DNA from: Alphaproteobacteria bacterium
GTDB taxonomy: Bacteria; Pseudomonadota; Alphaproteobacteria; UBA2966
Direction: 5' to 3'
Length of the DNA stretch: 64,000 nucleotides
NCBI GenBank assembly: GCA_964291395.2
Contig: OZ219856.1
Coordinates: 896,001-960,000 of the forward strand
Below the pieces are notes generated by a model, which was not told the DNA's origin, made no database searches, and saw nothing but the letters and a program-made list of their open reading frames with translations. This document shows, piece by piece, positions 18,831 to 29,128 of this stretch. The stretch's first letter is position 1. Each line of letters opens with the position of its first letter. A program made the translations under genes and the position numbers.

Positions 18831-20213
18831 ATGCCGGTGGAAGCTCGATTAGCGGAATATGTCGCCACTCTCCGCTTCGAGGAGATCGACGAGACGGCGC
18901 GCGCGGCTTTCGGCCGTATGTTGCTCGACACGGTGGGGGTGGCCGTCGCCGGGTTTCGCGAGCCTACATGCCGGCCCGTCGCGACCGCGTTTTGCGCCTG
19001 GGACCGGGAGGGCACGGCATCCGTGGTGGGCTCGGAGCGGCGGGTTTCACCTGCCGCGGCGGCCTTTGCGAACGGGGTCTACGCGCATTGGTGCGAATGG
19101 GACGATTCGCACGATCCCTCGCACGTGCACGCCAGTGCGGTGATCTTCCCGGCGCTCCTCGCGGCCTTCGAAGCCTCCGGCGGGGCGGCGGACGGTGAGG
19201 AGTTCGTGGCCGCGACGGTCGCGGCGTTCGACACCGCCTGCCGGATCGGCAAGCTTCTCAAGCCGTACACGCACCGGGGTTGGATGCCGACCGGCACGGG
19301 CGGTGCCGTGGGCGCGGCAGCCGGCGCGGCACGCCTCCTCGGCCTCGACGCGGCGGGCATCCGATCGGCGATGGGAATTGCGGCGGCGGGCTCGGGGCTT
19401 TCGCGCCAAGCGCTGGCGGACCTCGTGAACGGCAAGAACATCTTGGCCGGCGCCGCGGCGAAGGTCGGTGTGGAATCGGCGATCCTCGCACGGGCAGGTG
19501 TCGCGGGGGCGCCCAACTTCCTCACCGGTTCCTACGGCCTTCAGGCTTTGTACGCCGATGGCCGGGGTGACGCTACCGAGATTCTGGAGGGTCTCGGGGC
19601 GGCGTTCAGCATCAACGAAGTCAGCGTGAAGCCTTACCCGTGCTGTCGGTCGGCGCACCCGGCGCTCGACTTGGTTTTCGACATGCTGCGCGAGGCGCCC
19701 GACGTGTCGACCGAGATCGACTCGATCCGATTCGAGGTGCCGCGGGGCGTGTATGAGCGGGTGGGCAAGCCGTTCCAGGCAGGCGATAACCCCAGGATGG
19801 CCGCGCTGTTCAGCGTGCCGTACACCGTTGCCGTGGCGTTGCGAAAGGGCGTGGTGGCGCCGGAAGACTTCGATCCGCAAGCCGTCCGCGGGGTTTCGCC
19901 TGACATCACGCATCTCATCGACAACATCTCGGTCGAAGCGGTGCCCGTGCCCGACGAGGCCGCCGATCCCATCGTGCCGACCAAGGCCATCTTCCGGCTT
20001 GCGGGCGGCGCGGAAATCGAGCGCACGGCCGATACGGTCAAGGGCGCTCCCGACCGCCCCATGACCGCGGTGGAAGAAGAGCGGAAACTGTCGGTCGCTG
20101 TGGGGGAGGCGCTATTTCACGAAGATATCGCAAGCCTCGCGAGGACCGCACGCCGCATTCCCGCCACCGGTGTTGCGGAGTTCCTGAACTGCGTGCGGCG
20201 CCCGCAGCTCTAA
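18831..20213 (+). CDS. MmgE/PrpD family protein
   Basis: LLDTVGVAVAG, ANG..AH..EWDD.H, KPYPCC..AH, FSVPY, KGAPDRPM. Confidence 0.9.
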   Translation: MPVEARLAEYVATLRFEEIDETARAAFGRMLLDTVGVAVAGFREPTCRPVATAFCAWDREGTASVVGSERRVSPAAAAFANGVYAHWCEWDDSHDPSHVHASAVIFPALLAAFEASGGAADGEEFVAATVAAFDTACRIGKLLKPYTHRGWMPTGTGGAVGAAAGAARLLGLDAAGIRSAMGIAAAGSGLSRQALADLVNGKNILAGAAAKVGVESAILARAGVAGAPNFLTGSYGLQALYADGRGDATEILEGLGAAFSINEVSVKPYPCCRSAHPALDLVFDMLREAPDVSTEIDSIRFEVPRGVYERVGKPFQAGDNPRMAALFSVPYTVAVALRKGVVAPEDFDPQAVRGVSPDITHLIDNISVEAVPVPDEAADPIVPTKAIFRLAGGAEIERTADTVKGAPDRPMTAVEEERKLSVAVGEALFHEDIASLARTARRIPATGVAEFLNCVRRPQL

Positions 20214-21376
20214 TCCACGCACACCATATCGGCCAGGCGGTGCATGAACGCCTCGCATTTGGCCACCTGTTCGACCGCGATGAATTCGTTCGGCTTGTGG
20301 GCTTGGTCGATGCTGCCCGGGCCGCAAACGACGGTCGGGATTCGTCCATGCCTTGAGATCACGCTCGCTTCCGTCCCGAACGCAACCTTGCCGTGGTCGT
20401 TCTGTTGCGAGAGCCGCTTGGCCACGCTGACGACTTCCTCGCCGGGGTCCGTGTCGAGAGCCGGGAACTCCGACATGATCTCGAACGTGACACCCGTGTC
20501 CGCATGGACCGCGTGCATACGCGGTTCGAGCTCGTCCTTGGCGTATCCGACGATCCTGTCGTAGAGCTCTTCCGGATCGTCCTTGGGAAGGTGTCGGAAC
20601 TCGAACTGGAAGGTGCAGTCCTTGGAGACGATGTTCAGCGCCGTGCCGCCTTGAATCAGGCCGACGCTGAGAGTCGTGAAGGGGATGTCGTAGGCCTCGT
20701 CGTGCTCGCGCTCGGAGAATTCCCGCGACAGGTTTCTGATGTAGGCGATCAGTTCGGCCGCATATTCGATGGCGTTGACGCCGGTCGGCGCCAGCGACGA
20801 GTGGCACTCGAGCCCGCGCACGCGACAACGGATGCTCTTCTTTCCCTTGTGGGCGACGACGACCTTCATCTCGGACGGCTCGCCGACGATGCACATTGCG
20901 GGGTGGACGGGGAAATCCTTGATGCCGTCAAGGATGGCGTTGATGCCGACGCGGTTGATCTCCTCTTCGAACGTGAACCCGTAGTGGATGGGCGTCTCCA
21001 GGCCCCGTTCGAGGAACAGCGGCGCGAATGTGAGAGCGATGGCGCAGAAACCCTTCATGTCGGTCGTGCCGCGCCCGAACAGCTTTCCATCCTTCTCGAC
21101 TAGGCTCCAGGGATCCGTATGCCATTCCTGACCGTCGACCGGCACGACGTCCGTGTGGCCGGCCAGCATGATCCCGGGTTTGTCGGTGGGACCGAGGGTC
21201 GCGTAGATGCTGGCCTTGGTCTTTTCCGTGTTCTTGAAGACGTGGCTCTCCACGCCCAGATCGGCCAGAAAATCCCGGATGAATTCGATCAGCTCGAGGT
21301 TTGAATCGCGGCTTACCGTTGGCGACTCGATGAACCTGCGGATCATCTCCAGACTGGAGAGATCGGAAGACGTCAT
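20210..21376 (-). CDS. argE: Acetylornithine deacetylase (M20A)
   Basis: TVSRDSN, GHTDVVP, GRGTTDMKG, EEE, GEPS, HKG, HSS, GPGSIDQAHKPNE; ATG at 21376. Confidence 0.85.
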   Translation of the reverse strand: MTSSDLSSLEMIRRFIESPTVSRDSNLELIEFIRDFLADLGVESHVFKNTEKTKASIYATLGPTDKPGIMLAGHTDVVPVDGQEWHTDPWSLVEKDGKLFGRGTTDMKGFCAIALTFAPLFLERGLETPIHYGFTFEEEINRVGINAILDGIKDFPVHPAMCIVGEPSEMKVVVAHKGKKSIRCRVRGLECHSSLAPTGVNAIEYAAELIAYIRNLSREFSEREHDEAYDIPFTTLSVGLIQGGTALNIVSKDCTFQFEFRHLPKDDPEELYDRIVGYAKDELEPRMHAVHADTGVTFEIMSEFPALDTDPGEEVVSVAKRLSQQNDHGKVAFGTEASVISRHGRIPTVVCGPGSIDQAHKPNEFIAVEQVAKCEAFMHRLADMVCVD

Positions 21377-21522
21377 GCCGGCCTGTCCTTTCGAGGGGTG
21401 TTTTCGTAGACTCGCTTGACCGCTTTGCTCAGCGTAGCGGCGAGGGCAGGGGCCAACAAGCCATGCCCCGGACGCCACGTCATTTCACGGGAGGGTCCGG
21501 CTGGCCGGTCGGTGAAACTAGC

Positions 21523-22833
21523 ATGACGACTCGAACGGACGTATCGGAGAGCGTTCCCTGCAACACCCGGTCGATGGCGGATGCCGCCAGAGCGATCGCC
21601 GCCGGCGACCTCAGCTCGGAGGCATTGGTGGCCGCTTGTCTCGCGCGCATCGACGAGCGGGACGGTGACGTCGGCGCGTGGACCCATGTCGATCCCGAAC
21701 GCGCTCTGGCCGAGGCTCGGGAACGGGACGCCGAGACGCCGAAGAGTCCGCTGCACGGTGTTCCGTTCGGCATCAAGGACATCATCGATACGGCCGACAT
21801 GCCGACCGAGTACGGCACGCCGATCTACCAGGGGGTGCAGCCGGCCTGGGACGCGGCCTGCGTCGCGCTTCTCCGGGAGGCGGGATGCGTGGCGCTGGGC
21901 AAGACCGTGACCACGGAATTCGCCACCCGTCATCCCGGCAAGACGTGCAACCCACTCGATCTGACCCGAACGCCCGGCGGGTCGTCGAGCGGTTCCGCCG
22001 CAGCCGTCGCCGATTTCATGGTGCCGGTGGCCTACGGCACGCAGACCACCGGTTCGGTGATCCGCCCCGGCGCCTATTGCGGCGTGGTCGCGGTCAAACC
22101 GACCTTTGGCATGATTAGCCGCTCCGGCGTCAAGCCGCTCTCCGACGCGCTGGACACCGTCGGCTATTACACGCGTACGGTGGAAGACGCGGCGCTGTTC
22201 CTGCAGGTCGTGGCCAAGTACCCGGCCACGGACTTCGGCGGCGTTGCCGATTTGAGGCCCAGGATCGCCATCTGCCGCACCACGGTGTGGGACAGAGCAC
22301 GACCCGAAACCGTCGAACTGTTCGACGGCCTGGGCGGGCGGCTGACCGCCGCCGGTGCCGAGGTGCGGGAGCTCCGGCTCCCCGGCGACTTCGATGAAAT
22401 CGCGGATGCCCAGGCCGTGCTCAACGACTACGAGTCTCTGAAGGCCCTCACCTATGAGCGTGTCAATTTCCCCGAGATGTTGAGCGAAGAGCTGACCACG
22501 AAGATCGAGCGCTCCTTCGGTCATTCATACGAAAGGTATCGCTGGGCGCTCGGTCTGGCGGAGCGTTGTAAGGCGCTGCTGCCGGGTCTGATAGCCGAGG
22601 ACGAGGTGATCCTGGCGCCCGCGGCCATGGGCGTGGCGGAGGTCGGCCAGGGCTACACGGGAGATCCCATCTTCAGCCAGGTGTGGAATCTCATCCACGT
22701 TCCGAGTGTCTGCGTGCCGGCCGGCAAGGGGCCGGCGGACATGCCTCTCGGCGTGCAGATCATCGCCCGCTGCGGGGACGACGGCCGCGCCTTCGTCCAC
22801 GCTGAGTGGGTAAGAAGGGCGCTGGCGAGCTGA
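21523..22833 (+). CDS. Amidase (amidase-signature family)
   Basis: LHGVPFGIKD, GKTVTTEFA, TPGGSSSGSAAAV, GTQTTGSVIRPGAYCG. Confidence 0.92.
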   Translation: MTTRTDVSESVPCNTRSMADAARAIAAGDLSSEALVAACLARIDERDGDVGAWTHVDPERALAEARERDAETPKSPLHGVPFGIKDIIDTADMPTEYGTPIYQGVQPAWDAACVALLREAGCVALGKTVTTEFATRHPGKTCNPLDLTRTPGGSSSGSAAAVADFMVPVAYGTQTTGSVIRPGAYCGVVAVKPTFGMISRSGVKPLSDALDTVGYYTRTVEDAALFLQVVAKYPATDFGGVADLRPRIAICRTTVWDRARPETVELFDGLGGRLTAAGAEVRELRLPGDFDEIADAQAVLNDYESLKALTYERVNFPEMLSEELTTKIERSFGHSYERYRWALGLAERCKALLPGLIAEDEVILAPAAMGVAEVGQGYTGDPIFSQVWNLIHVPSVCVPAGKGPADMPLGVQIIARCGDDGRAFVHAEWVRRALAS

Positions 22834-22839
22834 GCCGCG

Positions 22840-23901
22840 CTACTCCGCGGGCTCCAGCTCCCGCTCCGTGGACTTGGGAATCCAACCTCGCGCGGTGCCG
22901 GGTGCCACGCTGCGATAACGGGGTTTGAAGGTCGGCGGCAACTCGCGGCTGTTGGGCGGGCAGATCCAGATGCGCAAGAGGTGCCGCTTGCGGTCCGGTT
23001 CGTTCCAGTCCTCGTACGTGGAGCGGGAGTGGAGCACCGAATAGTTGTTGGCGAACTGGATGTCGCCGGGACGCATCAGGAAGTTGTGGGATATGCCGGG
23101 ACGATGCGCCACGTCGAGAAGCAGATCGAGCGCCTCGTCCTGGTCTTTCGTCAGCTTCTCCACGCCCGGATGCCGTTCGGCGGTCTCGTAATAGGTCTTG
23201 GGCAGGAGGCGGGTGGTGAGTCGTCCCTTGAAGTAGGTGAACACCGGTAACCGGTAGTAGAGCTCGCTCTCCTCTTCGGGCCAGCCGGGCTCGTTGCGCC
23301 GGTCGACGGTGAGCGGCTCGTAGAGCACCCGCACGAGGTCGGGCCTCTCCGCCATCATGATGTCGTGGATGGCGGCCGCGCTTGCCAGGGTCGATACGCC
23401 TTCGGACTTCGCCTGACGCAAGCACATCAGGCTGATCCAGTCGGACAGGTCGTTGTGGACGTCCTGGCTGAGCCTCGTCTCGTAGAACCGGACGCTGGGA
23501 TTCCGCATGTCGCGGCCGAGGTCGCGTACGTGACCGATCAGGTCGCCGTAGCGGTTTTGCGAGACGACCTGACCGAGATGGCAGGCGAGTCCCCAGAAGA
23601 CGATCGCCGCGTCCTCTTTCGTATAGCGCTCCATCGGCAGTCCGCGTACGAGCACGAAGCCGCGGCCTTCCTCCATCTCTTCCTGGATGTGACGGGCGAA
23701 ATCCGCAAACGCGGGCAGCGGAAAATCGTCCTCGCCGAATCCCGTGGGACGGAGACCGCGGTCCTTCGCCTCGGCCAACGCGGCGTCGATGTCGGAGACC
23801 ACCTCCGGCGGCATGGCGTCGATCCAGTCCTCGTTGTCGGCGAATTCCTCGCCGAGCCAGTTCTCGGGGCAATTCAAAAGCCCGGCCGGCATGTCTGGCA
23901 T
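22840..23901 (-). CDS. TauD/TfdA-family Fe(II)/2-oxoglutarate dioxygenase
   Basis: GRGFVLVRG, HND (HxD), PGDIQFANN..VLHSR, RHLLRIW. Confidence 0.85.
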   Translation of the reverse strand: MPDMPAGLLNCPENWLGEEFADNEDWIDAMPPEVVSDIDAALAEAKDRGLRPTGFGEDDFPLPAFADFARHIQEEMEEGRGFVLVRGLPMERYTKEDAAIVFWGLACHLGQVVSQNRYGDLIGHVRDLGRDMRNPSVRFYETRLSQDVHNDLSDWISLMCLRQAKSEGVSTLASAAAIHDIMMAERPDLVRVLYEPLTVDRRNEPGWPEEESELYYRLPVFTYFKGRLTTRLLPKTYYETAERHPGVEKLTKDQDEALDLLLDVAHRPGISHNFLMRPGDIQFANNYSVLHSRSTYEDWNEPDRKRHLLRIWICPPNSRELPPTFKPRYRSVAPGTARGWIPKSTERELEPAE

Positions 23902-24104
23902 GATCTCGACCCCCTCCAGGATTGGACCGGGACCATTTGTATCACGGGCGCTCCGGAACCTGAAACACGTTGCGGGGCCGGCAGCCGTTGGGTGATCGCC
24001 GACACCGGCGCAGGGTCTCTGGCTTGAACGCGCCGTGGCCCGGCGCCTATCTTCGCGCGTCGCAGGCGACGGACCTCGCGGACGAGAGCCAAGGGAGACG
24101 CGAA

Positions 24105-25679
24105 ATGACTTCCAGAGCGAAGGCACCCAACATCCTTTTCCTGATGTCGGACCAGATGGGGGCCCCTGTCCTGCCCATCCACGGTCATGAGGTGTGCCAG
24201 GCGCCCCATCTCGAAAAGTTGGCGGACAGCGCCGTGGTCTTCGACAACGCGTATTGCAACTATCCGCTGTGCGCGCCGGCTCGCTTCTCCCTTCTCGCCG
24301 GACAGCTGACGCCCAGGATCGGTGCCTACGACAATGCCAGCGAGTTCACCGCCGATACCCCGACGATGGCACACTATCTCTCGCTTCTCGGCTATCGCAC
24401 GATCCTCTGCGGCAAGATGCACTTCATCGGGCCGGATCAACTGCACGGGTTCGAGGAGCGACTCACGACCGATGTCTACCCGGCGTCGTTCTCGTTCCTG
24501 CCGGATTGGGAGAAAGGACCCGGATGGATCTCTTCCGGCACCGACCTCAGTTCGGTCGTCGAGGCGGGACCCTGCGTGCGCAGTCTGCAGATCGATTACG
24601 ACGATGAAGTGGAGTACTTCGCCACCCAGAAGATCTACGACCTGGTGCGGGACTCCGACGAAAGGCCGTTCTTCCTGTGCGTCTCGTTTACCCAGCCCCA
24701 CTCGCCCTACACCCCGGGGCAGGAACATTGGGACCGCTACCGGCACGACGACATCGACCCGCCGCGGGTGCCGGAAATTCCGTATGACGACCTCGATGCC
24801 CTCAGCCAGGGTCTCTACTATGCCCATGGCCGCGACCGGCATACGGTCGTCGATGACGACATCCGCAACGCCCGGCACGGCTACTACGGCATGATCAGTG
24901 CCATCGATGACAAGATCGGTCGGCTCGTGGCGCGACTCGATGAGACGGGTCTCGGCGAGAACACCGTCGTCGTTTACACGACCGACCACGGCGACATGAT
25001 GGGTGAGCGGGGCATGTGGTACAAACACTGCTTCTTCGAGTGGTCTGCCAGGGTGCCGTTGATCATCCGCCACCCGGACGGCTTGAAGCCCCGCCACGAA
25101 CCCGGGGTCGTGTCGCACGTCGACCTGCTTCCGACGCTGCTCGATTTCGCCGGCGACGGGAAGCATGGATTCGATCTGTCCGACAAGGACGGGAACAGCC
25201 TTTGGCCCCTGCTGTCCGGAGAGGGCGGGACGTGGTCGGACACGGCGATCTGCGACTACCTGGCGATCGGTCCCTGTACTCCTTGTCGGATGATCCGGAA
25301 GGGCAAGTTCAAGTACATCTGCATTCACGGCCACGCTCCCCTGCTCTATGACCTGGAAGGGGACCCGGACGAGGTCAACAGCCTGGCCGAAGAGCCGGCG
25401 TACGCGGATGTTCTCCAGACCCTCGAAACGGAGCTGAAGCTCGATTGGAATCCCGACGAGCTGGACGTTCGGATTCGCGAAAGTCAGCGACGCCGCCGCC
25501 TGATCGCCCAGGCCAACGGCGGACGGGAGCGATGGGATTACGTGGCGCGGGAGGGAGACGACAAACGCTTCGTTCGCGCCAATCTGGTCGACTCCACCAA
25601 ACGCCTGAGCCGGTTCCCTCAGGTCGACGAGGTCCCACCCGACCGGCCGCGAGTCGACGCTTCGCCAACTGCCGCGTGA
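24105..25679 (+). CDS. betC: Choline-sulfatase-like protein, paralog 1
   Basis: CAPAR FGly motif, GKMHFIGPDQLHGFEERLTTD, Q.DYDDEV, DHGDMMGERGMWYK. Confidence 0.8.
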   Translation: MTSRAKAPNILFLMSDQMGAPVLPIHGHEVCQAPHLEKLADSAVVFDNAYCNYPLCAPARFSLLAGQLTPRIGAYDNASEFTADTPTMAHYLSLLGYRTILCGKMHFIGPDQLHGFEERLTTDVYPASFSFLPDWEKGPGWISSGTDLSSVVEAGPCVRSLQIDYDDEVEYFATQKIYDLVRDSDERPFFLCVSFTQPHSPYTPGQEHWDRYRHDDIDPPRVPEIPYDDLDALSQGLYYAHGRDRHTVVDDDIRNARHGYYGMISAIDDKIGRLVARLDETGLGENTVVVYTTDHGDMMGERGMWYKHCFFEWSARVPLIIRHPDGLKPRHEPGVVSHVDLLPTLLDFAGDGKHGFDLSDKDGNSLWPLLSGEGGTWSDTAICDYLAIGPCTPCRMIRKGKFKYICIHGHAPLLYDLEGDPDEVNSLAEEPAYADVLQTLETELKLDWNPDELDVRIRESQRRRRLIAQANGGRERWDYVAREGDDKRFVRANLVDSTKRLSRFPQVDEVPPDRPRVDASPTAA

Positions 25680-25873
25680 AGACAGGAACTCCCTCGATGT
25701 AATCGCTTACCAATATTGTTGGTTTCGCATGCGTCCAGGGGTAAGATGCGCCGCGCCGAGGGGGATATCTCCTTGCTACAGGGGGTTAGGACCCTCTCGA
25801 CGCTATGTTGAGCAATTGACCCGCAGACGAATCAATCTCCAAGACGCGGGCACGAAACTGGGAGGCGACATCC

Positions 25874-26869
25874 ATGAAATTCGCTGGATTATTGCGCGCG
25901 ATCGCGATTGCCGCCGTATCGGCGGGTGTTACCATGCTGGCAGGACCGCAGGACGCTGCCGCCGAATACCCGACGAAGCCGATCCGCATCATCATTCCGT
26001 ACGACGCGGGCGGCGCCGCGGATCTGCAGGCTCGGATCGTGGCCTCTACCGCGCCCGAATACATCGGCCAAGCCGTGCTCGCCAGCAACCGCACCGGGGC
26101 GGCCGGCGTGACAGGATCGCACTACGTGGTCCGCTCGAAGCCGGACGGCTACACCCTGCTGCTGGCGCGCGTGGGATCGCAGGCGGGGGTGCCGGCCGTC
26201 AACCTGAATATCCCATACAAGTGGAACGACTACACGTTCCTCGGTCTCCTGGAAAAGAACCCGTTCGTACTCGTGGTGAACTCCAAGTCCGATTTGCATG
26301 ACCTGACGGACATCGAGGCCAAGTTGAAGAAGGGGGAGAAGCTCTCCTATTCAACCGGCGGCGTGGCCACGCTGCCTCACATCGCCATGGTCATGGTGCT
26401 CGAGGGCATGGGCCTCAAGGCAGACGCCATGACTCACGTACCTTACAAGGGCGGAGGCGCCGCCGCGGCAGCTCTCGTTGGCGGCCACGTCGACATGTTC
26501 TTCCAAAACCTGTCGGGCGTCATCGGACAAATTCAGGCCGGCACGCTCCGCGCTCTCTTCGTCACGACGCCGGAACGGGTCAAGGTGATCAAGGATGTCC
26601 CGACCGTGAAGGAGGTCGGGCGGCCCGACCTCGAGCTCGCGATTGGCTGGAGCGCGCTTTACGGCCCCAAGGGGTTGCCCCAGGAGGTCGTCGACAAGTG
26701 GGTCGACACGCTCCAAATGCTTAAGAAGGACAAGTCATGGAACCGCATGACCACGAAGCTCGGCTCGATCCCCGCGATCAGTTCTCCGGCAGAGATGGAG
26801 AAGTTCGCGGAAAGCCAGTTCAAGGCGATGCGGGCGGTGGCTGAAAAGGTCGGCATGATCATTAAGTAG
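25874..26869 (+). CDS. tctC: TTT substrate-binding protein (TctC)
   Basis: Signal peptide, YPTKPIRIIIPYDAGGAAD, KPDGYTL, HVPYKGG. Confidence 0.88.
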   Translation: MKFAGLLRAIAIAAVSAGVTMLAGPQDAAAEYPTKPIRIIIPYDAGGAADLQARIVASTAPEYIGQAVLASNRTGAAGVTGSHYVVRSKPDGYTLLLARVGSQAGVPAVNLNIPYKWNDYTFLGLLEKNPFVLVVNSKSDLHDLTDIEAKLKKGEKLSYSTGGVATLPHIAMVMVLEGMGLKADAMTHVPYKGGGAAAAALVGGHVDMFFQNLSGVIGQIQAGTLRALFVTTPERVKVIKDVPTVKEVGRPDLELAIGWSALYGPKGLPQEVVDKWVDTLQMLKKDKSWNRMTTKLGSIPAISSPAEMEKFAESQFKAMRAVAEKVGMIIK

Positions 26870-27029
26870 TAAGATTGAACCCGGGGGAGGGCGGCCTTGG
26901 GCGAGTCCTCTCCCGGTTCCCCTTGCAGCCTCCGGAGTGGCTTGGTGTCACGGCCGGGTAGTGGCTGCCCCGTCCCGGCGCCGCGGTGGTCGTCCGTCGG
27001 GGTCGGGCACGCGAGGGATTGTGGAGCGG

Positions 27030-28562
27030 ATGACCGTGAAAAGACCTAATATCCTCGTCATTCAGGCGGACCAGATGGCGCCGCAGGCGCTTCCTGTCTA
27101 CGGTCATCCCCTGGTCAAGGCTCCCAACATCCAGGCCTTGGCGGACCGCGGGGTGGTCTTCGAGAACGCCTACTGCAATTTTCCCCTTTGCGTTCCGTCC
27201 CGCTATTCAATGTTGACGGGAAGGCATACCAGCGCCATCGCGGCGTGGGACAACGCGATCGAGTTGCCGTCGGAAATGCCGACGATGGCGCACTATCTGG
27301 ACGAACTCGGTTACCGCACCATTCTCTGCGGCAAGATGCATTTCATCGGTCCGGACCAGCTCCATGGCTTCGGGGAACGGTTGACCACGGACATCTATCC
27401 GTCGAATTTCGTGTGGACTCCCGACTGGCCCAACGAGCCCGAGTACCGACCGACGGGCATCAGCCTCTTGCCCGTCGTACAGTCCGGACAATGCGTCCGC
27501 AGCCTGCAGATCGACTACGACGACGAGGTCGAGTACTTCGGCCTTCAGAAGATCTACGACCTTGCGCGTTATTCCCGGGACGATCCGTTCTTCCTGGTGA
27601 TTTCCTTCACACACCCGCACTCGCCGTTCATCACCACGGCCCGGTATTGGGACCTGTACGACGACGACATCGACATGCCCGCGGTGCCGGCCATTCCCGT
27701 CGAGGAGCTGGACGAGCACAGCCGCTGGCTCTATTACGGGCACGGCACCCATCTGCATACCGTCACCGACGAGCATGTGCGCACTGCCCGCCACGCCTAC
27801 TACGGCATGATCACCTACATCGACGACAAGGTCGGTCGGATCATGGACGCCATGCGGGCGACCGGTCTTGACGACGACACGATCGTCATCTTCGTCAGCG
27901 ACCACGGCGAAATGCTTGGTGAGCGAGGCATGTGGTACAAGCAGACGTTCTTCGAGTGGTCAGTCCGCGTGCCTCTGATTGTCAGCCAGCCTGGCACTTA
28001 CGCGCCCCGGCGGGTCAGCGAGTTGGTGTCACTCGTGGATCTGCTTCCCACGATGCTCGACGCAGCGACGGACGGGACCCCGCCCGAGACCGTAGACCCG
28101 ATGGATGGTCACAGCCTGACCGGGCTGCTGAGCGGCGGCAGCGACTGGGCCAACGAAGTCATCTCCGAATACACGGGCGAAGGGGTTAAGGCGCCGTGCC
28201 GGATGCTCCGCCGGGGTCGGCACAAGTTCATGTACACACACGGGTTTCCCGACATGCTCTATGATCTGGAGGCGGATCCTCTGGAATTGGAGAACCTGAT
28301 CGACCGTCCCGATATGGCGAACGTCGCGGGCGAGCTTCGGCAGACCATTCTCGATGGTTGGGATCCAGACGAAATCAACGAACGCTGTCTCGAGTCCCAG
28401 AGACGCCGGCGCTTCGTTCAGCGCGCGACGGGAGGCGAACCCTTTTGGGCCTATGTGGCGCGCGAGGGCGACGACCGCCGGTTCATTCGCAATGCCGGCG
28501 GTATTCCGACCAAGGCCAAGGCGCGCTTCCCGTACGTCGAGCCGGCGCCGTCCGAGCGCTGA
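27030..28562 (+). CDS. betC: Choline-sulfatase-like protein, paralog 2
   Basis: CVPSR FGly motif, GKMHFIGPDQLHGF.ERLTTDIYP, DHGEMLGERGMWYK, SEYTGEG. Confidence 0.8.
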   Translation: MTVKRPNILVIQADQMAPQALPVYGHPLVKAPNIQALADRGVVFENAYCNFPLCVPSRYSMLTGRHTSAIAAWDNAIELPSEMPTMAHYLDELGYRTILCGKMHFIGPDQLHGFGERLTTDIYPSNFVWTPDWPNEPEYRPTGISLLPVVQSGQCVRSLQIDYDDEVEYFGLQKIYDLARYSRDDPFFLVISFTHPHSPFITTARYWDLYDDDIDMPAVPAIPVEELDEHSRWLYYGHGTHLHTVTDEHVRTARHAYYGMITYIDDKVGRIMDAMRATGLDDDTIVIFVSDHGEMLGERGMWYKQTFFEWSVRVPLIVSQPGTYAPRRVSELVSLVDLLPTMLDAATDGTPPETVDPMDGHSLTGLLSGGSDWANEVISEYTGEGVKAPCRMLRRGRHKFMYTHGFPDMLYDLEADPLELENLIDRPDMANVAGELRQTILDGWDPDEINERCLESQRRRRFVQRATGGEPFWAYVAREGDDRRFIRNAGGIPTKAKARFPYVEPAPSER

Positions 28563-28600
28563 TCCGCCGCGAACTTGGGCCTGACGATCGGATCCTCGTC

Positions 28601-29125
28601 ATGCGCGTAGCCGATTTCAGCGACCTGGCCACTAGCGGAGTCACGATCGCGTTCGCATGTCTGGCTTTGTTCGTGCTGATCCCCGTTGGTGTCGAGGATC
28701 CCGGTTCGATCGACGTCCTTGCCCTGGGCCCGGCGTTTTGGCCGTCCGTCATCTCCGTCTTCATGTTTCTCATGGGTGTCATCCTCGGGGCTCAGGGCAT
28801 CCGCCGGTTGCGGGCCGAGCGAGTGACGGCGGAAGCTGACAGAGAGGATCGGAGATCCCTTGCCACCGCCCTTTCCGAGTATGCGTTCGGACGCTGGTTC
28901 GGCGCGTTGGTCTTGTTGGCGGCCTTCTACATGATGCTCGAGCCGCTCGGAATGATCGTCGCGTCCATGCTGGTGATGGTCGCTCTCATGCTTCTTGGCG
29001 GAGAGCGCCGGCCGGCGATTCTGGCCGTCCTCGCCGTGGGTTTGCCGTTCGCGCTTTTCGTGTTTTTCCGCTATGTCGCGAACGTGGTCATCCCTCTCGG
29101 CGTCCTGGAGCCCTGGCTCGCCTGA
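28601..29125 (+). CDS. tctB: TTT small permease (TctB)
   Basis: Four TM segments, GPAFWP and PLG motifs; directly upstream of tctA. Confidence 0.8.
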   Translation: MRVADFSDLATSGVTIAFACLALFVLIPVGVEDPGSIDVLALGPAFWPSVISVFMFLMGVILGAQGIRRLRAERVTAEADREDRRSLATALSEYAFGRWFGALVLLAAFYMMLEPLGMIVASMLVMVALMLLGGERRPAILAVLAVGLPFALFVFFRYVANVVIPLGVLEPWLA

Positions 29126-29128
29126 TCC

